A stretch of DNA of 64,000 nt from positions 1-64,000 of IMG/VR virus record IMGVR_UViG_3300035501_000350. The stretch is one strand, 5' to 3'. The position numbers and the translations under genes were made by a program. The stretch comes from a virus. Lineage: Duplodnaviria; Caudoviricetes. This document shows positions 30,052 through 38,310 of the stretch, piece by piece. Below the pieces are notes generated by a model. That model saw only the letters and a program-made list of their open reading frames with translations, ran no database searches and was not told the DNA's origin. The first letter of the stretch is position 1; every line of letters starts with the position of its first letter.

Positions 30052-33000
30052 TTAAGAAACAACTTCCCAAGTAAACTCAACTGCTACAGTTGGAGCTTCT
30101 TTAGCATAGAACTTAATACCGCCAGCAACAGTCTCAGAGAAGTAATGGGTATCCCATGCTTCCTGCTGAGCATCACCAGTATCGGTATCAGTAGTACTAA
30201 TTACAGGGGATATATGAGCTCTAAGATCAGCAGTAAAAGTACTTATAGATACAGTGCATGTATACAACCCACTAGTACTATCGGCAGTCCAAGAATCACT
30301 TGCGGGTATAGTAGCAGTACCACTTGTTACAGCAGCTTTGCCATTTGCTAAATCATAAGCAGTCTTAACAGCAGAAGGAGTAGCCGCCAATGCAGTAGAT
30401 GTAGAAGAAGTAGAAGAACTAAGCTTTACGGCGCCATAGTATGTTGTAGTAGCCTTACCAATAAGCATCTGCCAAGCAGAACCATCGTACTCAAAATCTA
30501 CAACCTGGTTAGTAATCCATGCTCTTGCAGGAACAGCAGTGGTACCATACCAATAAGCAGTAATATCTCCAGTATTATTTACGTTAAGAGTAATTCCTGA
30601 TGTTGTACTATAATTAGTAAACTTAACAGAAATTCTAGCGTTAGTAGATAAAGTAAATCCTTCGCACTCTACAACCTTGGCTGCAGTTGCTGCTGCAGTA
30701 GAACAAGTGCCGTACCACATATGCATAGCAGAGTTGCCGGTATGATCGGTAAGATCACTTGCAGCGGCTCTAGAAGTATCAGTGGGGTGAACGTGATCAG
30801 ATCTAGCGACAGTACTAGCAGATCCTACAGCTGCGGTACCATCCATAGAAGGATTGCTAGTAGAGTAAGATACATGAGTGCCGTGGCTAGAAGCAGCAGC
30901 TCCTACATCAGATGCACTAAGGGTAATATCTGCACTTAATGCTTTACCATTAACTGTTCTAGATGTCGGTACTGCACCAATATCAGACAATACTTGAGCA
31001 GGAGTCTTCTCTGTCACAGCACTAGTACCATTACCAACAATATAAGAACCAGAGGTAATACTAGATTTACCAGTACCGCCACTGCTTACAGCAAGGGTGC
31101 CTTCCATTGAACCAAGAGAAGTGGTATTATCATTCACCCACGGTACGTTTACTGCTAGATAACCAGACTTATCTACAGATACAGGATAAGTTCTAGAAGC
31201 AGTATTAGTCTGAGCAGCAGCATCAGCAGTTAAAGCAGTCTCACTCTTAAGCTTAGCCTTAATAGTACCAGTGGTAGAGATATCTCCTCCAGTAAGGCCA
31301 ACTCCAGTAGAAACCTTAGTAACAGTACCAGTATTTGCTGTAGCGCCTTCTGCAATCTTAGAGAGCTTAGAATAATCAGAAGCACTCATAAGACCTCTAG
31401 TAGAATCAGAAGCATTAGAGTAAGTGGTATCCTTAGCAGCAATAGTGATATTACCGCTAGTATCAGTACTAATAGTAACATTATCTCCAGGAGCAATATT
31501 CACTGCAGCACTATCAGAACCATCATATTTTACTAATTGAGCATCATTTACTTTAATAGTAATGGGATTGGGGTTCTTAAGGCTGGTGTACGTAGTATTG
31601 CTAGAAGCAATTTTAAGATTACCATTTGCATCTGTAGTTACAGAAGTAGCTCCAGAACCTGTTACTTTATGTGAGCTGCGGACTGTGCCATTCTCGATAT
31701 GGTTAATATAAACACCATCATTACTAAGAGCAGTAGATGTATCAGTAGTAGCCGTATCACTACCAGCAACAACAGTAGAGCTAGTATGATGGGTATCAGT
31801 TACAGTCTCTTTACCAGTTCCAATAGCAGTTACATGGCCAAAGTCATCAAGAGTAACACTATTAACATAGGTTCTGCTAGCAGCAGTGATATTACCCTGA
31901 GAGGAAGTATCTGCATGAGAGATAGTTCTAGTACCAGAAGTGGTAATAGCAGCAGTGCTATCAATATTCAAGCCATTTCCGACCTTAAGAGTAATGCTAG
32001 TTACAGTTCCATCAGGTTCATCACCAGAAGGAATTAGAGTCCACTGGTAAGTTCCATCTCCAGACTGTCCACAGATAAACACATCACCAATCTTAGCAGA
32101 CTGACCACCATAAGTGCCAGCAGTAATAACCTTATAGGTATAGCCAAGCTGGTCTTTAGATGCAGCGGTAAGAGAACTAACAGTACCGTCAGTACCAAGA
32201 GTACCCTTAAAGACCATAGAAGTAGATACAGTTGCTGCAAGATCATCTAATTCAGCCTTAGTAGCAAAAGTAGTTCCCTTAGTAAGAGTAACAGTATGGT
32301 TAGACAGGCTAATATCTGTTACTGCATTACCACTACCTGTAGTTGTACCCTTAGAAAGAGTAGTCTCTGCAGGCAAAGTAATAGTCTTATCTGCCGCTGC
32401 AGTAACTCTACCCTTTTCATCTACAGTAAGGTTAGGAATTACAACAGTACCACCATGAGTAGCAGTCTTGGTTTCTGTCTGGCCATAAGTACCAGCTGTA
32501 ACACCAGACTTAGACAGTGTTACAGGAACACTCCAACCCTTCTTAGAGGAATCAGAAGTACCAGTAGCATCACCAGTAAGAACTACAGTGGTACTACTAC
32601 TAAACTCTGTAGCAGATACGGCATTAGCATCAGATGCCAAAGCTCCTACATCGCTAGGAGTAAGAGTGATATCAGCGCTTAATGCTTTACCATTGACTGT
32701 TCTCGCTGTTGGTACAGCACCAGCTTGAGCCGCTGTTACTTTATGGGGATTGCTAGTATTACCGATATGAGAAATCTCATCAGCAATAGCCTTCTGAATC
32801 TTACCCATAGAAGTGGATAAAGTCTCACCACTAGTCAATGTAGCAAGAGTGCTAGCGGCAGTATATGTAGGAGTTTGGTTATTTGTAGTTACATTGGGTA
32901 CATTACCTAAACCTACCTGAGATGCTGTAACCTTATGGGGATTAGAAGTATCACCAGTATGAGTATTAAGATTAGTCTGTACTGCTTGAGTATCTGCGCT

Positions 33001-34038
33001 TGCAGTAGAAGCTGCAGATTCAATAGCGTCAGAAAGAGCCTCATAATCAGTATCAATTCTAGCCTTAAGAGAATCCTTAGTGGTGCTATCAGACTTTGCT
33101 ACTCTAGCGCCCTCAACTTCAGTAGCCTCAGCAGCACCAATCTGAGTTGTAGTAACGCTATGAGGATTGTTAGTATCTCCAGTATGAGTATTAAGATTAG
33201 TCTGCACAGTCTGGGATTCATTATGAGCTGTAGTGGCATTACCACTAATAGTGTTAGCAAGTGCGTCATAGTCGGCATCAATTCTGTCTTTAAGAGAATC
33301 CTTAACCACACTATCAGACTTAGCAGTTCTTGCAGCTACCATCTCAGATGCTTCAGCAGCACCAATCTGAGTAGTTGTAACTCCATGAGGGTTAGATTTA
33401 TTAGAAGTATGAGAATCTAAGTTCTTCTGTACAGCCTCAGAACCAGCACTAGCTGCAGAGCTAGCGTTATTGATTTTGTTCTCAAGGGCAATATAATCTG
33501 CGCTGAGACGGTCAGAAAGAGTTGACTTAGTAATATCATCAGACTTTGCTACTCTAGCGCCCTCAACCTCCGATGCTTCAGCAGCACCAATTTGAGTAGT
33601 TGTAACTCCATGAGGGTTATTAGTATTATTGGTATGAGTATTAAGATTAGTCTGTACTGCTTGAGACTCATTATGAGCTGTAGTAGCATTACCACTAATG
33701 GTATTGGTAAGAGCGCTATAATCAGCATTGATTCTATCATTAAGAGAACTCTTAGTTTCTCCATCCGATTTAGCTGTTCTAGCCCCTTCTACTTCAGCAG
33801 CCTCAGCAGCGCCAATCTGGGTTGTAGTAACCTTATGAGGGTTATTAGTATCTTTAGTATGAGTTCCTATAGTACCCTCAACATTACTGATACCGCCAGA
33901 TATATCTTCATCAATTTGCTGTAATTTCTTTTCTACGGTGCTACCATCATAGGACACCATATCAGAAGATGTTTTTGGGTATATAAAATGCATAATACCA
34001 TCTATATTTTTAGATAGCGTGGCTTTCTCAATAGCCAT
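30052..34038 (-). CDS. long tail fibre protein
   Basis: 1328 aa, Thr/Ser/Ala/Gly-rich; HT...NPHxVT repeats, VGLGNV, two RTVNGKALSADITL motifs, ARSDHVHP, AATPSAVKTAYD fibre motifs. Confidence 0.88.
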   Translation of the reverse strand: MAIEKATLSKNIDGIMHFIYPKTSSDMVSYDGSTVEKKLQQIDEDISGGISNVEGTIGTHTKDTNNPHKVTTTQIGAAEAAEVEGARTAKSDGETKSSLNDRINADYSALTNTISGNATTAHNESQAVQTNLNTHTNNTNNPHGVTTTQIGAAEASEVEGARVAKSDDITKSTLSDRLSADYIALENKINNASSAASAGSEAVQKNLDSHTSNKSNPHGVTTTQIGAAEASEMVAARTAKSDSVVKDSLKDRIDADYDALANTISGNATTAHNESQTVQTNLNTHTGDTNNPHSVTTTQIGAAEATEVEGARVAKSDSTTKDSLKARIDTDYEALSDAIESAASTASADTQAVQTNLNTHTGDTSNPHKVTASQVGLGNVPNVTTNNQTPTYTAASTLATLTSGETLSTSMGKIQKAIADEISHIGNTSNPHKVTAAQAGAVPTARTVNGKALSADITLTPSDVGALASDANAVSATEFSSSTTVVLTGDATGTSDSSKKGWSVPVTLSKSGVTAGTYGQTETKTATHGGTVVIPNLTVDEKGRVTAAADKTITLPAETTLSKGTTTGSGNAVTDISLSNHTVTLTKGTTFATKAELDDLAATVSTSMVFKGTLGTDGTVSSLTAASKDQLGYTYKVITAGTYGGQSAKIGDVFICGQSGDGTYQWTLIPSGDEPDGTVTSITLKVGNGLNIDSTAAITTSGTRTISHADTSSQGNITAASRTYVNSVTLDDFGHVTAIGTGKETVTDTHHTSSTVVAGSDTATTDTSTALSNDGVYINHIENGTVRSSHKVTGSGATSVTTDANGNLKIASSNTTYTSLKNPNPITIKVNDAQLVKYDGSDSAAVNIAPGDNVTISTDTSGNITIAAKDTTYSNASDSTRGLMSASDYSKLSKIAEGATANTGTVTKVSTGVGLTGGDISTTGTIKAKLKSETALTADAAAQTNTASRTYPVSVDKSGYLAVNVPWVNDNTTSLGSMEGTLAVSSGGTGKSSITSGSYIVGNGTSAVTEKTPAQVLSDIGAVPTSRTVNGKALSADITLSASDVGAAASSHGTHVSYSTSNPSMDGTAAVGSASTVARSDHVHPTDTSRAAASDLTDHTGNSAMHMWYGTCSTAAATAAKVVECEGFTLSTNARISVKFTNYSTTSGITLNVNNTGDITAYWYGTTAVPARAWITNQVVDFEYDGSAWQMLIGKATTTYYGAVKLSSSTSSTSTALAATPSAVKTAYDLANGKAAVTSGTATIPASDSWTADSTSGLYTCTVSISTFTADLRAHISPVISTTDTDTGDAQQEAWDTHYFSETVAGGIKFYAKEAPTVAVEFTWEVVS
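32935..33860 (-). repeat. 225-bp (75-aa) tandem repeat in the tail fibre, 4 full units
   Basis: NPH codons at 33843, 33618, 33393, 33168 and 32943, exactly 225 bp apart; ABAB similarity pattern. Confidence 0.9.
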
Positions 34039-34078
34039 TTATAACACACCTCCTGTGCGGTTTAAAACCTATATATTT

Positions 34079-34876
34079 TTACTTAATAACTTCCCATGTA
34101 AATTCAACAGCGACAGTAGGTTTCTCTTCGGCATAGAACTTAATACCGCCATTTACTGTCTCTGAATAGTAATGAGTGTCCCATGCTTCCTGCTGAGCTT
34201 TGCCTGTATCTACATCTGTTGTACTAATAACAGGAGTAATATGTGCTCTTGTATTAGAATCAAAAGTATCAATAGATACAGTGCAAGTATACAACCCATT
34301 GGTAGTATTGCTACTCCAGCTGTCAGAAGACGGGACTGTTGCTTTATTTGAGGTTACTGTAGCCGCACCAATGAGAGTAGGGCTAATCTCATGCGGATTA
34401 GGGTTATTCTTTGTATCCATATGATTATTAAGAGCATCATTGGTATCGCTTACAGCTTCAATGATGGTCTTATGTTCATCATACATGATGGTTGTACCAG
34501 AATTTATATTAGTAATATCTGTATTTATGCCTTCGATTAATTCATCAATTTCTTTGATTTTTTCATTGATAGTAGTTTCGCCCTCGTAGACAATCTTATC
34601 GCCACTAGATGCAGCAACTGTATCCTGGATGACTGTAAGATCTGTAGAAACCTGAGCAAGATCAGCAAGTAATCTTTCATTAAGACTAGATCTTTCTTTG
34701 CCATCACATTTTGCTACTCTAGCTTCAGCTATTTCATCATTCGCTGAATTGATCTTATCTTCTACAGTATTGTCGGTATCAAATTCTACCATATCAGCTG
34801 TAGTTTTTGGGTAGATATACTCTACAACACCATCGACTTCTTTAGCCAATGTAGCCTTGTTAATAGCCAAAATCAT
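34079..34876 (-). CDS. short tail-fibre paralogue
   Basis: shares the N-terminal KATL.K..DG....IYPKT..DMV motif and a near-identical C-terminal domain (AQQEAWDTHY...PTVAVEFTWEV) with 30052-34038. Confidence 0.8.
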   Translation of the reverse strand: MILAINKATLAKEVDGVVEYIYPKTTADMVEFDTDNTVEDKINSANDEIAEARVAKCDGKERSSLNERLLADLAQVSTDLTVIQDTVAASSGDKIVYEGETTINEKIKEIDELIEGINTDITNINSGTTIMYDEHKTIIEAVSDTNDALNNHMDTKNNPNPHEISPTLIGAATVTSNKATVPSSDSWSSNTTNGLYTCTVSIDTFDSNTRAHITPVISTTDVDTGKAQQEAWDTHYYSETVNGGIKFYAEEKPTVAVEFTWEVIK

Positions 34877-34891
34877 TGCCCTCCTTTATAT

Positions 34892-34912
34892 AGTAATTTA
34901 CTATATTGTTCG
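34892..34912 (-). promoter_or_regulatory. late-type promoter (AACA-N6-TA) for the tail-fibre operon
   Basis: cgAACAatatagTAaattact on the minus strand just upstream of the AAAGGAGG RBS; matches a motif recurring before other late-type genes. Confidence 0.7.
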
Positions 34913-35024
34913 ATCTAAGAGGGTAGCCCTGTCCATGTAAAAAATGGTTAAATTGTCTTATTCCGTTGATTTAGTAAGGGTCTGAACATTAAAGTATAAA
35001 TACCCTTATAAGGAGTGATAGAAA

Positions 35025-35840
35025 TTGCGTTTACACATTGGTGAAGAATCCTATGCAGCAAAGAACATTTCCCAGTCTAAACCTGCCGGTACATGGGTTA
35101 AGCTTACCGTTATTGATTACGCTTCTATAGAGAATTTCCCTGAAGAGATTACTGGTGTTCTCTCTGTGCGGTCCGATAATGGATTTGAGCTTTGCACTAT
35201 TGATACTTCTAAATATGCTAGACATACCTTTGTTGGTGGCGTTCTTACATTTACTAACGAGCCTGAGCCTGTTGTTGTAGAGCCTGTGGTATATACGCCT
35301 ACTGTTGAAGAGGTTAGAGCTAATAAGATTAGCGAGATGTCTAGCGCATGTAATAGTACTATTGTTGCTGGTATTGATGTTAATGGTGAACACTTTGCTC
35401 TTACCGTAGAGGACCAGATTAATTTACTTACATTGCTTTATATGGCCGATAGTGGTCTTGAGACTATTCCTTATCATCGTGATGATGGTAGCTGTGAGTA
35501 TTACACAGCTGAGCAGTTTAAGACTATTGCTGAGGCTGCTACTAACTATAAGCTCTATCATGAGTCCTATTTCAACTCTCTTAAGGATTATATTAAGTCT
35601 CTTGAAGATATTGAAACAATTCAGTCTATCTATTATGGTATTGAGATTCCTGAGGAATACCAGTCTGTTGTTCTCAAGGATCTTATTGCAGCAATGCCTG
35701 TTACTGAAGAGCCTGAAACTGTTGATAGTTCCGAAGAAGAAACAGATATAGAAGATGCTGGTGAGGAAGAAACTGATGGTTCTGATGAAGATGCCACCGA
35801 AGAAACCGAAGAGCCTGCCGAGGATAATGCCGAAGAGTAA
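35025..35840 (+). CDS. DUF4376-like tail-fibre-associated protein with acidic tail
   Basis: KISEMSSACNSTIVAGIDV..EHFALTVEDQINL...PYHRDDG.C motif; own AACA-N6-TA motif at ~34985. Confidence 0.7.
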   Translation: MRLHIGEESYAAKNISQSKPAGTWVKLTVIDYASIENFPEEITGVLSVRSDNGFELCTIDTSKYARHTFVGGVLTFTNEPEPVVVEPVVYTPTVEEVRANKISEMSSACNSTIVAGIDVNGEHFALTVEDQINLLTLLYMADSGLETIPYHRDDGSCEYYTAEQFKTIAEAATNYKLYHESYFNSLKDYIKSLEDIETIQSIYYGIEIPEEYQSVVLKDLIAAMPVTEEPETVDSSEEETDIEDAGEEETDGSDEDATEETEEPAEDNAEE

Positions 35841-35879
35841 TTTATATAACCCACAGGGAGTAATCCCTGTGGGTATTAT

Positions 35880-36401
35880 CTATTCAATTAATACGTAATA
35901 GTAGTATGCGCTGTCAATTTGCAATACATAATACCCGTCTTCTTCCGATCCCTCTATCAATGTTCCATTTTCCGGCAATCCTCCAGATTTAAATTTAAAA
36001 TTACCATATCTTGTATTGCTTCTATAGTATATTTTACCTGAATTAGCTGTAATATAAGCTATACAGTCCATATAGTATGAAGTCATTTTATTATATGTAA
36101 CAGTTTTATTTACAATTCCGACATATGTTTTATTAGTACTATCTGTATATATCATATACACAGTGTTACTTTGTATATATGTGCTAGATGGTGCTCTAAT
36201 TGTTGAATCCGTACAGTATCCTTTGTATTTATCAAAATAATAACTTTCACAGAATGTAGCACTTTGTGCTCCTGAGCTTACGGTTTTAGCGTATTCTGTT
36301 TGTTTATACACGGTTCCAGTTGTAACAATACAACTATATTTTGCCCATACTAAACCACTAGTACTGGTAATGCTATTTCCATAAGTGTATACTGTTCCCA
36401 T
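35880..36401 (-). CDS. adhesin family B paralogue, second gene of its cassette (start MGTVYTY)
   Basis: WAKY...LPENGTLIEGSEEDGYYVLQID. Confidence 0.7.
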   Translation of the reverse strand: MGTVYTYGNSITSTSGLVWAKYSCIVTTGTVYKQTEYAKTVSSGAQSATFCESYYFDKYKGYCTDSTIRAPSSTYIQSNTVYMIYTDSTNKTYVGIVNKTVTYNKMTSYYMDCIAYITANSGKIYYRSNTRYGNFKFKSGGLPENGTLIEGSEEDGYYVLQIDSAYYYYVLIE

Positions 36402-36414
36402 ATCAAACACCAAC

Positions 36415-37035
36415 TTAAACTTGTTTTGTGTAACGATAATAAGCATTGTCTATCTGTAATACTAAATAATCTCCATCTAAAGAGCCATCAACTAAAGTTC
36501 CTTCTTCAGGGTAGCATCCTTCATCTGCGTATACATATTCAACGCCGCCATAGCTAAATGGTTCTGGATATGTAATAGTTGTAACTCCTGCCTCAGCTAC
36601 AGCTAACATAGTTGAAGTGTTAAGATATATAGAACCATAACTTACAAAATACCAGTCAAGTGTAGATTGTATTTGATATAGTAATTGGGTTTTACCATCA
36701 TCTACATAATACTTACCTAAAATATTTTGAATTGTATCACTATAAACTGGATTTGTAACGGTAAACCCATTATCAGAATCGAATGTATATGAATCCCCGG
36801 TAGTGATATAAGATTTTGCCGCTTGTATATCTTCCAACTCTGCATCATTCGCAAGATTGCCCTGGCAGCAAACAACCGACATATTTGATTTAGGTGTAGA
36901 ATCAGTTATTACATATGATGAATATTGTGTTTCCTTTGTTGCTGTGTGCTTTCTATACAATACAGTACTAGGATAATTATTACTTTTTGGCGGCGCAGCC
37001 ATACCACTAAATTGTTTTTTATACACTGTTCCCAT
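36415..37035 (-). CDS. adhesin family B paralogue currently next to the promoter segment (start MGTVYKK)
   Basis: YPEEGTLVDGSLDGDYLVLQIDNAYYRY; GGAGG RBS directly after site 37049-37070. Confidence 0.7.
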   Translation of the reverse strand: MGTVYKKQFSGMAAPPKSNNYPSTVLYRKHTATKETQYSSYVITDSTPKSNMSVVCCQGNLANDAELEDIQAAKSYITTGDSYTFDSDNGFTVTNPVYSDTIQNILGKYYVDDGKTQLLYQIQSTLDWYFVSYGSIYLNTSTMLAVAEAGVTTITYPEPFSYGGVEYVYADEGCYPEEGTLVDGSLDGDYLVLQIDNAYYRYTKQV

Positions 37036-37298
37036 AGTGGGTACCTCCAAATAGTTAGAAAGTGAACTAGTTATTTGTTTGTATTTTGTTTTTCGGCAAC
37101 CTTAAGGGCTCATCTTTCAACTTTCTCTGCCGCCTCAGAAGGCCGGATTACCCCGTGTAATCCTTAAAAATTATAGTAAAAATGATTAATGTTTTCTGTG
37201 AAATTTAGCGGGACGATATCGTCATCATATCGTCAGCTCGCTTTTTACGTGAGTTCTAGAAAAGTTTCATTGTTCAAAGGCAACTACTCCTTTCAATA

Positions 37299-37319
37299 AG
37301 TAATTTACTATATTGTTCG
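37299..37319 (-). promoter_or_regulatory. late-type promoter inside the invertible segment
   Basis: 21/21 identical to the tail-fibre promoter at 34892-34912. Confidence 0.7.
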
Positions 37320-37361
37320 GTGTATCACAGAGTACATGAAGAATTAAAGCAAAAAATATCA

Positions 37362-37390
37362 CTCTGTGGAGCAATCCACAGAGATTTTTC
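37362..37390. terminator. terminator hairpin behind the promoter
   Basis: ctctgtgga-gcaa-tccacagag with T-rich tracts following on both strands. Confidence 0.7.
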
Positions 37391-37436
37391 AAAATTCATC
37401 TAGTTCACTTTCTAACTATTTATAACGAGGTTTATA

Positions 37437-38231
37437 ATGGGAGAAATCTATGAAAGTGGCCATTTTATGGCCGGAAACCCTAATGCATCATCAAGTGGTA
37501 GTGCAAATTCTATACAATCTCTTAAATCTACTTTTTATAGAGGTGCTAATTTAGGCACTATCGCTTCCTCTACAATTGATTCATTTATTACTGAACATGG
37601 TATAGCAGCTGGAACATTTGATAATTTATTTATAGGAGATTTCTTTACTGCTACGTATAGTAATAACACTACTATTTTTAGAGTGATGGATATAGATCCA
37701 TATTATGATATATCCGATAGCGGCATTGCTGGAACTCATCATATATTAATAGTACCAGATACAGAGCTAACAACCGTAAGCAATACCAATAATAAGAGTA
37801 GTGATGGGTATACTAATTCTTATGTGCATAAAACAGCAATACCAACTATAAATACTAAGTTAAAAGCTATATTCGGATCTCATTATTTATCTTATAAAGA
37901 GAAACTATGTACAAGTTCTATGAATAGTACTTTTGCATTAGTATCTGTAAATAGTGTATCGATGGATGAGGTAGAGATATTTGGAAAAGCGGTTAATCAG
38001 AATACCGACTATGGATTATTACGGTACCAATTACCGGCATTTATGTACAACCGCGATCTAATAAAATCATATAGCTATACTACTCATAATGGAACTATGT
38101 ATTGGACAAGAGGCCGGTATTCTAGTAACTTTTGTGTTGTTTCAGCTGGTACAGCTGATAATGGATATAGTTATTATAGCACCACTTCAACTTATGATAT
38201 TGGCGTTCGTCCACGTTTCTTATTGGGTTAA
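37437..38231 (+). CDS. adhesin family A paralogue (start MGEIYESGHFMAGN)
   Basis: family A motifs, ends GVRPRFLLG. Confidence 0.75.
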   Translation: MGEIYESGHFMAGNPNASSSGSANSIQSLKSTFYRGANLGTIASSTIDSFITEHGIAAGTFDNLFIGDFFTATYSNNTTIFRVMDIDPYYDISDSGIAGTHHILIVPDTELTTVSNTNNKSSDGYTNSYVHKTAIPTINTKLKAIFGSHYLSYKEKLCTSSMNSTFALVSVNSVSMDEVEIFGKAVNQNTDYGLLRYQLPAFMYNRDLIKSYSYTTHNGTMYWTRGRYSSNFCVVSAGTADNGYSYYSTTSTYDIGVRPRFLLG

Positions 38232-38310
38232 TAAAGCAAAAAATAATGTAAATGTAAAAAATATACTGGACGGGAACCCGTCCAGTATATTCAAATGCAT
38301 TATGTGTTTA

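Larger units (their letters stand above)
37049..37421. other. putative invertible promoter segment bounded by a perfect 22-bp inverted repeat
   Basis: aaatagttagaaagtgaactag (37049-37070) and ctagttcactttctaactattt (37400-37421); non-coding; contains a minus-strand late-type promoter and plus-strand terminator-like hairpins. Confidence 0.75.

Noticed and set aside
37036-37300. PilV/Gin-type constant N-terminal coding region fused to cassettes
   Set aside because: The frame upstream of the cassette hits TAA at 37104-37102, and each cassette has its own RBS and ATG. The ORF-track 'MEVPT' extensions are just TTG within the RBS.
22727-37421. MITE/IS elements with terminal inverted repeats
   Set aside because: No transposase or target-site duplications, and every copy sits precisely at adhesin-gene RBSs. 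Not fully excluded without a genome-wide search.
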